A stretch of DNA of 51,393 nt, filler included, from Streblomastix strix (Eukaryota): the NCBI GenBank assembly GCA_008636045.1. It is 3 parts of 3 records of this genome, joined end to end, with 100 filler letters (N's around TTAATTAATTAA, not from the genome) between each part and the next. Parts side by side here need not be neighbours in the genome. Positions count along the whole stretch, not along the records: positions 1 to 17,070 come from SNRW01000730.1; 2 more parts are not named here. One strand, written 5' to 3'. This document shows, one piece after another, positions 1 through 11,870 of the stretch. The notes below the pieces were generated by a model. The model did not search any database. It saw only the letters and a list, made by a program, of their open reading frames with translations, and was not told the origin of the DNA. Each line of letters begins with the position of its first letter. Within the stretch, counting starts at the first letter, position 1. A program made the translations under genes and the position numbers.

Positions 1-318
1 ACTGAAACTGCTATTATACTTCAAGGATTATAAGGTATTGGAGAGATTGTATTCACTAACGTATTATGTGAACTATTAGCAGGATATTCATCGAAGAACA
101 TTACTGATATAGATGATTGTGTTGGAAAATTTAATGCAGCTATCGAAAATATGATGTTGGCAATTGTTACTGAAATGAAGAATTTTGGAGAATCGAGAAT
201 GTCCAATATGGATGCGTTGAAGTCAATAATTACTGAATATTCATTTGTTGTTAATGAAAAATATATTCCAAAACATGAAATTGAGAATGTAGTGAATATG
301 ATACTTGTTACCAATAAT
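1..318 (+). pseudogene. D5-like (SF3) helicase fragment, inverted paralog of ~964-1280
   Basis: With TAA=Gln it reads TETAIILQGLQGIGEIVFTNVLCELLAGYS...NEKYIPKHEIENVVNMILVTNN. The Walker A lysine is replaced by E, and the frame breaks off at ~318. Confidence 0.85.
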
Positions 319-437
319 AGTTTACCAACTTACCCCGTGCAGGTCGTTCACCACGTGCAGATGGACAAATCGATTCATTACTCTATAATTCTAGCACAAA
401 AATAAGTTCATTCATTTAACTGCACGATCACTTTTAT

Positions 438-3400
438 TCATGTGTATTCATTACCTTCTTCTTACTTTTCTTGATCAACTGCTTATGCTTCAGCTTCTTT
501 CTCATCAGCATCTTCATCTAGCATATTCTCATATATCTTATCCATTTCGTCTTTCATTTTATAGAATCTCTTTCTTTATCCATTTGTCGTTCTCCGTCCT
601 TGATTACAGATATTATTTATTGCTAACTAATAATTTTTTAGTACCATATCTTGAGGTTTCAATAGCTCGAATTGTGATATGATTGCACCATCTTTGAACT
701 ACTTGAAATGATCAATTATAATATCATCAACTTTTGACCTTGATGCTCTTATTATTTTTTTCTTAGCATATGTCATTGGAATGTTTCTTGGATTAAATTA
801 AGAAATATCTCTAGTCATAAAGAATATAAATAAATTATTATTAAAATATTCATCAAAGCTATTGCAAAGATTAGTGAAGTAAGCTAGATCCCCTCGATGA
901 ACTGAGTCGCATTTGCATATAACATAACGTCTATCATTATTCTCTATTTTTATTGGAAAGATATTATTGGTAACAAGTATCATATTCACTACATTCTCAA
1001 CTTCATGTTTTGGAATATATTTTTCATTAACAACAAATGAATATTCAGTAATTATTGACTTCAACGCATCCATATTGGACATTCTCGATTCTCCAAAATT
1101 ATTCATTTCATTAGCAATAGCCAACATCATATTTTCGATAGCTGCATTAAATTTTCCAACAAAATCATCTATATCAGTAATGTTCTTCGATGAATATCCT
1201 GCTAATAGTTCACATAATACGTTAGTGAATACATTCTTTCCAATACCTTATAATCCTTGAAGTATAATAGCAGTTTCAGTTTTCTTACCTGCATTCTACA
1301 CAATGAAAGCAAACCAATTTAGTAAATATGGGAGTGTCCATTCAGTAGGATCACTTCTTATTTTTTTATTGAAAAATATTTAAAATAAATTTATATATAA
1401 AAATTGGAGTTGCAAACATTTAGATTTGCATCCTCTGAAAAATTAAGCTAAAAATATATTCAAGTTTTTTCAACAGCAGAAAGCTAATTTTATTATTTAA
1501 TTTTTATTTTAAATATTTTTTTAAATTATTTCAGGGATAATGAAGGACAAAAACTACATTTTTAGCGGCACACATTTGTGAAAACCGATTTTTTTTAATT
1601 TTTCGTTTTTTCCGCCCATTTCATGCTTAATTACTATTTTTTTTGTTTAATACTTTATTTATATTTATTTTTTAAAAATTTGACCAATAAAAAACATAAT
1701 TATAGCTACGCTTATTTGCGAAATTTCAATTAAAATTTTTTTTTGTAAAGTACGTGATTGATTTTTGAGATAAATTCAATTGAATAATTATAAAATAAGT
1801 ATTTTAATGTTAATTATATTAAATTACAATAATTGATGAATTTGAAATGGTGCGTTGAATAAATAAACGAAAAAACAAAAATTTTCTGTTTTCACGAACG
1901 CATGTCGCTAAAGACGTCGTAATTGTGCATCAATATATCTGAAAAAATTTTAAAATATATTTTTAATAAAAATTAAATAATAATATTACCTCTATGAAGA
2001 CAAAAAAATAAAATTATATATTTTGCTCGTTTTTATAGCGGAGGCAAATCGAAAAATTTGCAACTCCAGCTATTGTTCAAAAAATTATTTTAAATATTTT
2101 AAAATTAAAAAAAGTTATAAGTTGTTTGTGAATGGAAACACCCATATTTATAAATCAATTCATCATTTGCAGAGAAAGTATCTTTCACTAATCCTAAAAA
2201 TCTTTCTATTTTTGTATAGTTCACTTCTTCTAATTGTAAGTACTTATATCCTTAGAATACACTGAAAATTTTAGGGTTTTAACTAATGAATCTTATACCT
2301 ACTTTCTCGAATAGTGAATGATATTACTCTAAGGCATCTATTGCAGTTATATTCTTTTTTCCATCTTACCATAGTCTTATTGAACGTAATTAATGATAGA
2401 TAGCAGTCTTATTTTTATAATGAATTGTATTAGTATTATGTAAACAATCATATTCTTTAATAGCAAAACACCATCCGTTTTAGCAAGGTACAACCTTTAT
2501 TATTTTAAGCAAATCTTCAGCAACTAATTCTAATTAATTTTAATATTATCCATTTAACGCTTTACTAGATACATCTGTTAATGCGAACACATCTTTCAGG
2601 TCAATTTCATGCTTCTCAATTTATTTCACCGTATCAACTATTTTCGATTATTTTTTCACTACATAATTCTTTTTCAGTAATGGTTTAATTATCTATTCGT
2701 AGTAATCTTTGTTATGATACCTTAGAAATTTTGTAAGGATCCATGGATTTGGCTTACGCTCTCCATTAGATTGAGCTTATCCATAGTTCTTATCAGCGTT
2801 TGCAGATTGCTTATTGAATTAGCGTGTATTCTTCATTCCTTCAGCTCTAATTGATTCATTAGTGTTTCCATATAATCCACAGAATACACTTAGAAGAGAT
2901 ACTTCCATATTTATTGGTTAAGGAAAGTTATGTATATCAAGATTCTTCAATCCATCAACACACGCTTATGCAAGTTCATCATTCTTTTATTCAATTGTAC
3001 ATTCATCATTGATTTACACTCCATAGATTCAATCATATTACTACTATGCGTAATCCTTATATGACATCTCAATATCTATATTCCATTTATCAAATATCTC
3101 TTGCAAGCTCGCTAAATGAGATGCATTTTCCCAATCATTAACTGCTTCATATTTGAGTGTAACTCGATAATTATTTTTAGTTTCTCGAATAGATGTGTTA
3201 GGAGCAACGACTTGATTCTATACAATCTCTTTAATCTCTTATCCATTTTCAATTTTATATTTATTCATTTATGCAAATACATCAATATCAAAATTATCTG
3301 TCACAGCAACTTTCACATTACGATTGGAAGGTAATCTATAATAATTTCTATTGCAATATATGTGTAATCCTCCATGAGCAGTCTTTACTAAACCTATGTT

Positions 3401-3988
3401 TGGTGGAAGGGTATCAATTAGATTTTATCTTATTTTATCGATTTCTTCTATTGACTTATCCTTATGAATATCTACATCAACAACACATAGATTATCTTCA
3501 TCGATTAATGATAAATCAATTAATTTACCTGTTATTTATTATTTTTTGCCTTCATATTATCCTATTTTTATATAGTTTACTGTGTTAATCACAGCATCTT
3601 TAACGCGTTCAATTATTGTTTTTGAATCTTACTCTTACATATATAATTCCGCTATCGGTTGTATCATTTCAAGAAATATATTATCTTCTCTATTTTTTTC
3701 TAATCTATATGCTAATTATTAATTTGAAAGTCTTGTTTCAAGATCACCTTCAGAATTAATTAAACCATGAATGCGTTGATCATATTTCTCTTCAATAATC
3801 TATCTATTACTTGGTTCAATAATCTACTCATTCGTCTGTTCATTAATTATTTGGTCAATCATAGCTTTTACTTTCTCATCTGTTCTCGATTTGCGAGTAT
3901 AGTTACGTTTAGGTTCTTTCTCAAGTGTAATAGATTTAACATTTGTTTATTGGTTTGATTTGTCATTTGAAAATCCTTGTGTTGCCAT
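438..3988 (-). pseudogene. AEP primase-polymerase fused to D5/SF3 helicase (~910 aa reconstructed), split by a MITE
   Basis: ATG at 3988. PrimPol motifs LCVVDVDIH and VKTAHGGLHIY. Helicase motifs LNWFAFIVQ, QGLQGIGKNVFT, LAIANEM, DALKSIIT, VTNN and DRRY. TGA stop at 438-440. One premature TGA near 3030. Removing 1330-2143 plus one ATAT restores the frame (IYKY|LLNW). Confidence 0.88.
1330..2143. mobile_element. Non-autonomous foldback/MITE transposon (814 bp) with ATAT target-site duplication
   Basis: Ends are GGGAGTGTCCATTCA and TGAATGGAAACACCC. Imperfect inverted symmetry extends ~280 bp inward. ATAT lies at 1326-1329 and 2144-2147. Confidence 0.9.
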
Positions 3989-4077
3989 TTTGCTTAAAGA
4001 TAAAAAGTAGAAAAAGTTCCTTAAAACAACTTTTATTTATTAATGGCGGATATTGTTAATGGCAGACCTCAAATTAT

Positions 4078-4136
4078 TTTACCAACTTATCCCGTTCAGA
4101 CCGTTCAGACCGTGCAGACCGTGCAGATGGGCAAAT
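4078..4136. repeat. GC-rich motif with four tandem 9-mers CCGT(T/G)CAGA; related direct copy at 321-370, identical copy at ~8147-8205
   Basis: tttaccaacttatcccgttcagaccgttcagaccgtgcagaccgtgcagatgggcaaat versus tttaccaacttaccccgtgcaggtcgttcaccacgtgcagatggacaaat. Confidence 0.8.
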
Positions 4137-4400
4137 TAATGTAAATCCCTATGTCAGATCACTAATTCAAGAATTATCTTAAAATAATCCCCGTGCAAGT
4201 TGACAATTCACTTCATTTATCCACATCATTAATCAATCACATTTATTTTAATAAATCTTCATCACCACTAATTTCATCAAATAATGTGTTTCACTCATCG
4301 ACTAACTGGTCGATACCATTATTTCAATTTCATCAATGAAAACTTAATCGGACAGATTACCAATCATGGTACAATTAGATAAATTAGCTAGCTCTGTGTG

Positions 4401-4766
4401 AGTAGTTAATGAAAATGACCAATGCCCGAAACATTGCAACAAATCCTATTCATTTGTGGGTCTCGGAAATGAGATCAATTATTTTTTATTAACGCATATC
4501 ATAAACCATACCAATTATTTTTTATCATAAATGTATACCGTAAATCATATCAATTATTTTTCATAATTAATGATATTTATAAATGTTATAATTTATTATT
4601 TTATGCGTATTTCTTTATTAATATCAATTTATTCCTTAGTTTTCGGTTCTGGATAATCTATTCATTTTTCATATCTCAGCAATTCGTAATATTGCTTGGT
4701 ATTTCTGCTGTGAGCAAATTACTGTGTTTATCAATGTGAGGGCATTGTTCTTTTTCATTAACTACT
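4401..4766. mobile_element. 366-bp cassette bounded by AGTAGT...ACTACT inverted repeats (Polinton-like termini)
   Basis: The left end AGTAGTTAATGAAAATGACCAATGCCC is the near reverse complement of the right end GGGCATTGTTCTTTTTCATTAACTACT. The 3.4 kb duplication ends exactly at ACTACT. Confidence 0.75.
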
Positions 4767-5396
4767 GACAGAATATCAGGCCCATCAACACTTGGTAGCA
4801 ACATCACAACCCAAATAAACCTGTTCAACAAACTCAAAGAAAATAATAGGTATAAATACAACCAAAATAATAGATCCAAGTTCAAATACCAAGATATTGA
4901 GTTATAAAAGATGCTGCGCTAAATTAAGATGATATTGATGAATGAAAAATACTATAAGAAAAGTTAGCAGCATTATAGAAAAGGAAAAAATAATATGGTA
5001 TATCCGACTCAGAAAATTATTAGCAACAAGTTATTGGAGAAATGGACAATAATAATGCACAGACACCCTAACAAGCTCCGTAATAACAATAATAAACAAA
5101 CAAATACTAAAGCTCAATAAAAGATGGTTTCATCAGCACCAAAGATGATTAGCACTGAAATGAATAAGGACAAACCAAGTAGTAAAATACAACTATCCTA
5201 TAATCCAACATAAAAATCAATTCATAGAGGGGGAATTAGATAAAGATAAAAGCGAACATTCATACTAGCAGCACAGATGTTGATATACCCGATATTCAAG
5301 GAACTGTTGGACAGTTAACCGGTTTGTAACAGAGTTTTGGTGCTCAGAGTCCAAGCTTAAATGTTATGCTGAACCCAAAAGAAATGAGATCAATAT

Positions 5397-6212
5397 AGGT
5401 GTTTTCATTCACAAACAACCTACTACTTTTTTTTTAATTTTAAAAAATTTAAAATAAATTTATATATAAAAATTGGAGTTGCAAACATTTAGATTTGCAT
5501 CCTCTGAAAAATTAAGCAAAAAATATATTCATGTTTTTTCAACAGCTGAAAGCTAATTTTATTATTAAATTTTTATTTTAAATATTTTTTTAAATTATTT
5601 CAGGGATAATGAAGGACAAAAACTACATTTTTAGCGGCACACATTTGTGAAAACCGATTTTTTTTAATTTTTCGTTTTTTCCGCCCATTTCATGCTTAAT
5701 TACTATTTTTTTTGTTTAATACTTTATTTATATTTATTTTTTAAAAATTTGACCAATAAAAAACATAATTATAGCTACGCTTATTTGCGAAATTTCAATT
5801 AAAATTTTTTTTTGTAAAGTACGTGATTGATTTTTGAGATAAATTCAATTGAATAATTATAAAATAAGTATTTTAATGTTAATTATATTAAATTACAATA
5901 ATTGATGAATTTGAAATGGTGCGTTGAATAAATAAACGAAAAAACAAAAATTTTCTGTTTTCACGAACGCATGTCGCTAAAGACGTCGTAATTGTGCATC
6001 AATATATCTGAAAAAATTTTAAAATATATTTTTAATAAAAATTAAATAATAATATTACCTCTATGAAGACAAAAAAATAAAATTATATATTTTGCTCGTT
6101 TTTATAGCGGAGGCAAATCGAAAAATTTGCAACTCCAGCTATTGTTCAAAAAATTATTTTAAATATTTTAAAATTAAAAAAAGTTATAAGTTGTTTGTGA
6201 ATGGAAACACCC
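5397..6212. mobile_element. Second copy of the foldback MITE
   Basis: Begins AGGTGTTTTCATTCACAAACAAC after ATAT (5393-5396) and ends GTTGTTTGTGAATGGAAACACCC followed by ATAT. Its left ~170 bp differ from copy 1. Confidence 0.88.
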
Positions 6213-8057
6213 ATATTTATAAATCAATTCATCATTTGCAGAGAAAGTATCTTTCACTAATCCTAAAAATCTTTCTATTTTTGTATAGTTCACTTCTTCT
6301 AATTGTAAGTACTTATATCCTTAGAATACACTGAAAATTTTAGGGTTTTAACTAATGAATCTTATACCTACTTTCTCGAATAGTGAATGATATTACTCTA
6401 AGGCATCTATTGCAGTTATATTCTTTTTTCCATCTTACCATAGTCTTATTGAACGTAATTAATGATAGATAGCAGTCTTATTTTTATAATGAATTGTATT
6501 AGTATTATGTAAACAATCATATTCTTTAATAGCAAAACACCATCCGTTTTAGCAAGGTACAACCTTTATTATTTTAAGCAAATCTTCAGCAACTAATTCT
6601 AATTAATTTTAATATTATCCATTTAACGCTTTACTAGATACATCTGTTAATGCGAACACATCTTTCAGGTCAATTTCATGCTTCTCAATTTATTTCACCG
6701 TATCAACTATTTTCGATTATTTTTTCACTACATAATTCTTTTTCAGTAATGGTTTAATTATCTATTCGTAGTAATCTTTGTTATGATACCTTAGAAATTT
6801 TGTAAGGATCCATGGATTTGGCTTACGCTCTCCATTAGATTGAGCTTATCCATAGTTCTTATCAGCGTTTGCAGATTGCTTATTGAATTAGCGTGTATTC
6901 TTCATTCCTTCAGCTCTAATTGATTCATTAGTGTTTCCATATAATCCACAGAATACACTTAGAAGAGATACTTCCATATTTATTGGTTAAGGAAAGTTAT
7001 GTATATCAAGATTCTTCAATCCATCAACACACGCTTATGCAAGTTCATCATTCTTTTATTCAATTGTACATTCATCATTGATTTACACTCCATAGATTCA
7101 ATCATATTACTACTATGCGTAATCCTTATATGACATCTCAATATCTATATTCCATTTATCAAATATCTCTTGCAAGCTCGCTAAATGAGATGCATTTTCC
7201 CAATCATTAACTGCTTCATATTTGAGTGTAACTCGATAATTATTTTTAGTTTCTCGAATAGATGTGTTAGGAGCAACGACTTGATTCTATACAATCTCTT
7301 TAATCTCTTATCCATTTTCAATTTTATATTTATTCATTTATGCAAATACATCAATATCAAAATTATCTGTCACAGCAACTTTCACATTACGATTGGAAGG
7401 TAATCTATAATAATTTCTATTGCAATATATGTGTAATCCTCCATGAGCAGTCTTTACTAAACCTATGTTTGGTGGAAGGGTATCAATTAGATTTTATCTT
7501 ATTTTATCGATTTCTTCTATTGACTTATCCTTATGAATATCTACATCAACAACACATAGATTATCTTCATCGATTAATGATAAATCAATTAATTTACCTG
7601 TTATTTATTATTTTTTGCCTTCATATTATCCTATTTTTATATAGTTTACTGTGTTAATCACAGCATCTTTAACGCGTTCAATTATTGTTTTTGAATCTTA
7701 CTCTTACATATATAATTCCGCTATCGGTTGTATCATTTCAAGAAATATATTATCTTCTCTATTTTTTTCTAATCTATATGCTAATTATTAATTTGAAAGT
7801 CTTGTTTCAAGATCACCTTCAGAATTAATTAAACCATGAATGCGTTGATCATATTTCTCTTCAATAATCTATCTATTACTTGGTTCAATAATCTACTCAT
7901 TCGTCTGTTCATTAATTATTTGGTCAATCATAGCTTTTACTTTCTCATCTGTTCTCGATTTGCGAGTATAGTTACGTTTAGGTTCTTTCTCAAGTGTAAT
8001 AGATTTAACATTTGTTTATTGGTTTGATTTGTCATTTGAAAATCCTTGTGTTGCCAT
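6213..8057 (-). pseudogene. Duplicate 5' part (PrimPol domain) of the primase-helicase gene; helicase half absent
   Basis: Matches 2144-3988, but beyond the MITE the flank is not helicase sequence. Confidence 0.85.
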
Positions 8058-8469
8058 TTTGCTTAAAGATAAAAAGTAGAAAAAGTTCCTTAAAACAACT
8101 TTTATTTATTAATGGCGGATATTGTTAATGGCAGACCTCAAATTATTTTACCAACTTATCCCGTTCAGACCGTTCAGACCGTGCAGACCGTGCAGATGGG
8201 CAAATTAATGTAAATCCCTATGTCAGATCACTAATTCAAGAATTATCTTAAAATAATCCCCGTGCAAGTTGACAATTCACTTCATTTATCCACATCATTA
8301 ATCAATCACATTTATTTTAATAAATCTTCATCACCACTAATTTCATCAAATAATGTGTTTCACTCATCGACTAACTGGTCGATACCATTATTTCAATTTC
8401 ATCAATGAAAACTTAATCGGACAGATTACCAATCATGGTACAATTAGATAAATTAGCTAGCTCTGTGTG

Positions 8470-8835
8470 AGTAGTTAATGAAAATGACCAATGCCCGAAA
8501 CATTGCAACAAATCCTATTCATTTGTGGGTCTCGGAAATGAGATCAATTATTTTTTATTAACGCATATCATAAACCATACCAATTATTTTTTATCATAAA
8601 TGTATACCGTAAATCATATCAATTATTTTTCATAATTAATGATATTTATAAATGTTATAATTTATTATTTTATGCGTATTTCTTTATTAATATCAATTTA
8701 TTCCTTAGTTTTCGGTTCTGGATAATCTATTCGTTTTTCATATCTCAGCAATTCGTAATATTGCTTGGTATTTCTGCTGTGAGCAAATTACTGTGTTTAT
8801 CAATGTGAGGGCATTGGTCTTTTTCATTAACTACT
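8470..8835. mobile_element. Second copy of the AGTAGT...ACTACT cassette
   Basis: Same inverted termini as 4401-4766, with a different right flank (TGAGTC versus GACAGA). Confidence 0.75.
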
Positions 8836-10600
8836 TGAGTCCTATTCCAATGTAATGAATTCTTTGTCTTACAATTGTTCTACTTAGTATATGGGTTGCA
8901 CTTTTGCACCTCACTGTATCTTTCTTGATAAGGTTGATCTCTATCCTAGTAGCTCTGTTCTCTTCTTTAATGGTTCTAATCCCTTCCTCAAAAGGTTCCT
9001 CGACACCTACCTCTCGGTTCGCCTCTGGTTTCATACCCATTCTAATTTCTATCGATGTCCATTCTAGTTTCTCTCGGACTTTAATAGTCTTTCGATCTTG
9101 GATAACCTCTTGATCTTGATCTTGATCTTGATCTTTCTTTTGATTCTCTTCTTCTGTCAGATGAGTCATACCTTGATCTCTTACTACGCTGTGATAAGGA
9201 TCTATTTCTATGTCTTTCGAATCTATTTATAAATTCGTATCTTGTTGTTTTGGCTGGTTGTAATTTCTCTGAGTCATCATCTGAGTCATATTCTCTTCTA
9301 ACGCAAGCTGCTCCTAACTCAAAGTTATGATCTCTCCTGAATGCTTTGATTTCTTCTTTTGAGGGTCGTAGCCCTTATTGTTTGGACTTTCTCCAATCTA
9401 CCGCGTGCGGTACACCTGGACCAAAGATCGGAAAGTATTGGCCTTCGTCATCTTTGCCTACTGGCATTAGGTCAAATCTCTTTAACATCCATCTATGCAT
9501 GTGGTCATTAATGGTTTCTTTTGTCATTACATTTAATATTTCTGATATTTCTTATTCTGCGTTCAATGCAGAAGGGAAAATCGTTGTCTATGGTCTCGCT
9601 GCGTTTGTTGATGTATATGGTCCTGTTAGTCTCTGTCCTTGTGGATGTTGTCCTTGCCGTCTTGAGTTTAAAGGTGGCATATTGTTATGTGATATTGTAA
9701 TTTGTGTTTCCTAGTTCTGATCGAAAGTCCAATTCATGTTCTAGTTTAACATTGATCTCATTATTTGTTTTCAGACTGCTGATGGTGCTAACTAACAAAA
9801 TCTTTTCGTTTTAACTCTTCTCCGGCCCAGCAGCTGGATTCCAAACAGTAAATTGGTGATTCCTATCGCATAATTGTTCGCAGCATCGCTTCTAGCAATT
9901 AATTGTGTTCCCAACATGTGTGACCCTACTTGACTATCTAGATGTGAATTGATTGAATTTGCAGCCAAATTAAAATAGTTTGCATTGGTCTAATTTTCTT
10001 TTCACGATCTTGCGAAATGCGTTCTCTCTGCCTCCCTTAAGTTATGGATCATCTAATTAAGTAAATCGATTGCCAATTGCTCTTGTTGATGTTCCAATAA
10101 GTGTACCAGTATTCCTTTTCCTATTCTAAAATTGTATAACGCCAGTGTTTGTTCGCACTGCAAAATTTTGTCGATCAGACTTCGCTTCGAGTCTAGTGCT
10201 TCCTCTAGTACTGGTACTGATGTGATGGGTAGTAGTGAAGGACACTGTATTTCTCTTCTCCGGGTTACGCCGTTTTATCGTCTAGGATATTCATCACCCA
10301 AAAGTCTATCTCGCTCGTCTGCACGCCAGTTATAGCTTACACGACCTTTGTCATAAGCGCTTGCGTCCTTTAACACACCGCCTACCATGGGGTAAGCTAA
10401 CGTTCGATGTCCTGTAGCGTCGGCTGCTGCTTAGAATAAAGAAACTTTCCGACCTCGTCTCCTAGTTCCTGTTGCTCTACAGTGGTCGTAACAGGTGTCC
10501 TTGCGGTGAACTTTGGTGGGTCGAAGTTCACAAATAATCCCGGCTCTGGCGGTTCCGGTTTTTCTGAATTCTTTTACATTTTTTGAAAATTATCACACCA
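8836..10600 (-). pseudogene. Degraded GC-richer ORF, possibly gag-like ORF of a DIRS-type retrotransposon
   Basis: Long frame with two premature TGAs (...SVPVEEALDSKRSLIDKILQCEQ...HRWMLKRFDLMPVG...) ending in an Arg/Ser-rich tract. GC is higher than in the flanks. No RT motif is seen, so the family call is inference. Confidence 0.35.
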
Positions 10601-11870
10601 TAGATCGGATGTCTGTTCGTGCACCAATCATATTGGAGCCACAATGGTTTCTCAATAAAGATATGAGATAATGAGAGAACGGGGACACCAATTATTATCA
10701 TCTTCTCCCTCGGAGACAGGGTAATATGTTAAGATTCTGTATTACGATTATTATATTTAGTATAATAAAAACTTAATGCTGAAATATATTTGAATAAAAT
10801 GTAATTTCAATAAATTCAACTACAAAAATAGGACTTAATTTGAAAATATGATTTGAATTTGAAGAATAAGTCGCTACAAATAAAATAAATAAATGATAAA
10901 TTATATTTAAACTCAAAAACGAACGTTTTTAATTAAATTATGGAGAATATAAAGACATTATAATATGAACCTTTACAGAAATATATGATATTGATTTTGA
11001 TTACATTTTAGTTTTAATAAATTTCACCTTTTCAATCATTGATTTTCTAACATATGAGTAATTTTAACAAATATTTTTACTGAAATTTAGTTAGAAATTT
11101 GATTAAAATTAATTAATAGGTTTAAATATTTGAATCAAATAAATTGTCAAGAAAACTTTTAAATAAATTAATAATTAAAATAATTAACGTAAACTATTCC
11201 TGACGTTTCATACAGTTGATGGAGATCCATAATGTGAACAATGGTGGATAAAATTAGGATCTTTGCAATTAGTTTGATTGAAATAGAAACATTATTATTA
11301 AACTGTATGTAAAAGAAATAAAGAAAAATTTATCTATTTGGCTTAACTACGAAATACTTAATTTTACATCCAAATAAGAAATATGAATAATTAAAATTCA
11401 TATGTTCAAAATAAATATTGAAATTAAAACTTCCTTGAATAAATATGTAAATAGGAACTTTACTTATTGAGTACAATAATATAATTTATATTATCTTTAT
11501 ATAAACTCTGATGCATAACTTTTAACACCTTAAAATAGTTGTAATGCTGAACTATAAAATTTTTTTATTATAATAAATATTACTATTATATGAAGGTGTT
11601 TTTCTAGTACCTTAACTTTTTCCCCAGCTTTCAAGAATGAATCTCCACGATTATTGCCAAAAATGTCGTTTTGGAGAATCAATATCAAATATCAATAAAT
11701 TTAATACATTTTTATCATAATTTATGCACATAAATCGTATAAGTTACTATGAAACTAATGTCAAAAGCGCTGATTGATTAATAAATATGATTCAATTTAA
11801 TTAAGAAATATTATTTGATAACAATTGTTTAATCAGATAATGAAGCTCTAAATATATAACAATAAATCAC

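Larger units (their letters stand above)
1378..8835. repeat. ~3.4 kb near-identical direct duplication (about 1378-4766 and 5447-8835, offset 4069)
   Basis: Identical ORF-track entries occur at a constant offset (2023/6092, 3116/7185, 3271/7340, 3767/7836). The mismatches I saw lie near the two ends. Confidence 0.95.

Noticed and set aside
21..8027. Track ORFs such as 21-314, 440-682, 967-1260, 2023-2265, 3116-3958 and their duplicates
   Set aside because: They are antisense shadows of the real TAR=Gln genes or chance frames in the MITE.
9105..9140. TCTTGA hexamer repeat
   Set aside because: Simply encodes an Arg-Ser (or Asp-Gln) low-complexity tract within the relic ORF.
10900..11860. Possible small viral ORFs and left terminus upstream of the integrase
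   Set aside because: Too degraded; no recognisable motif or AGTAGT end.
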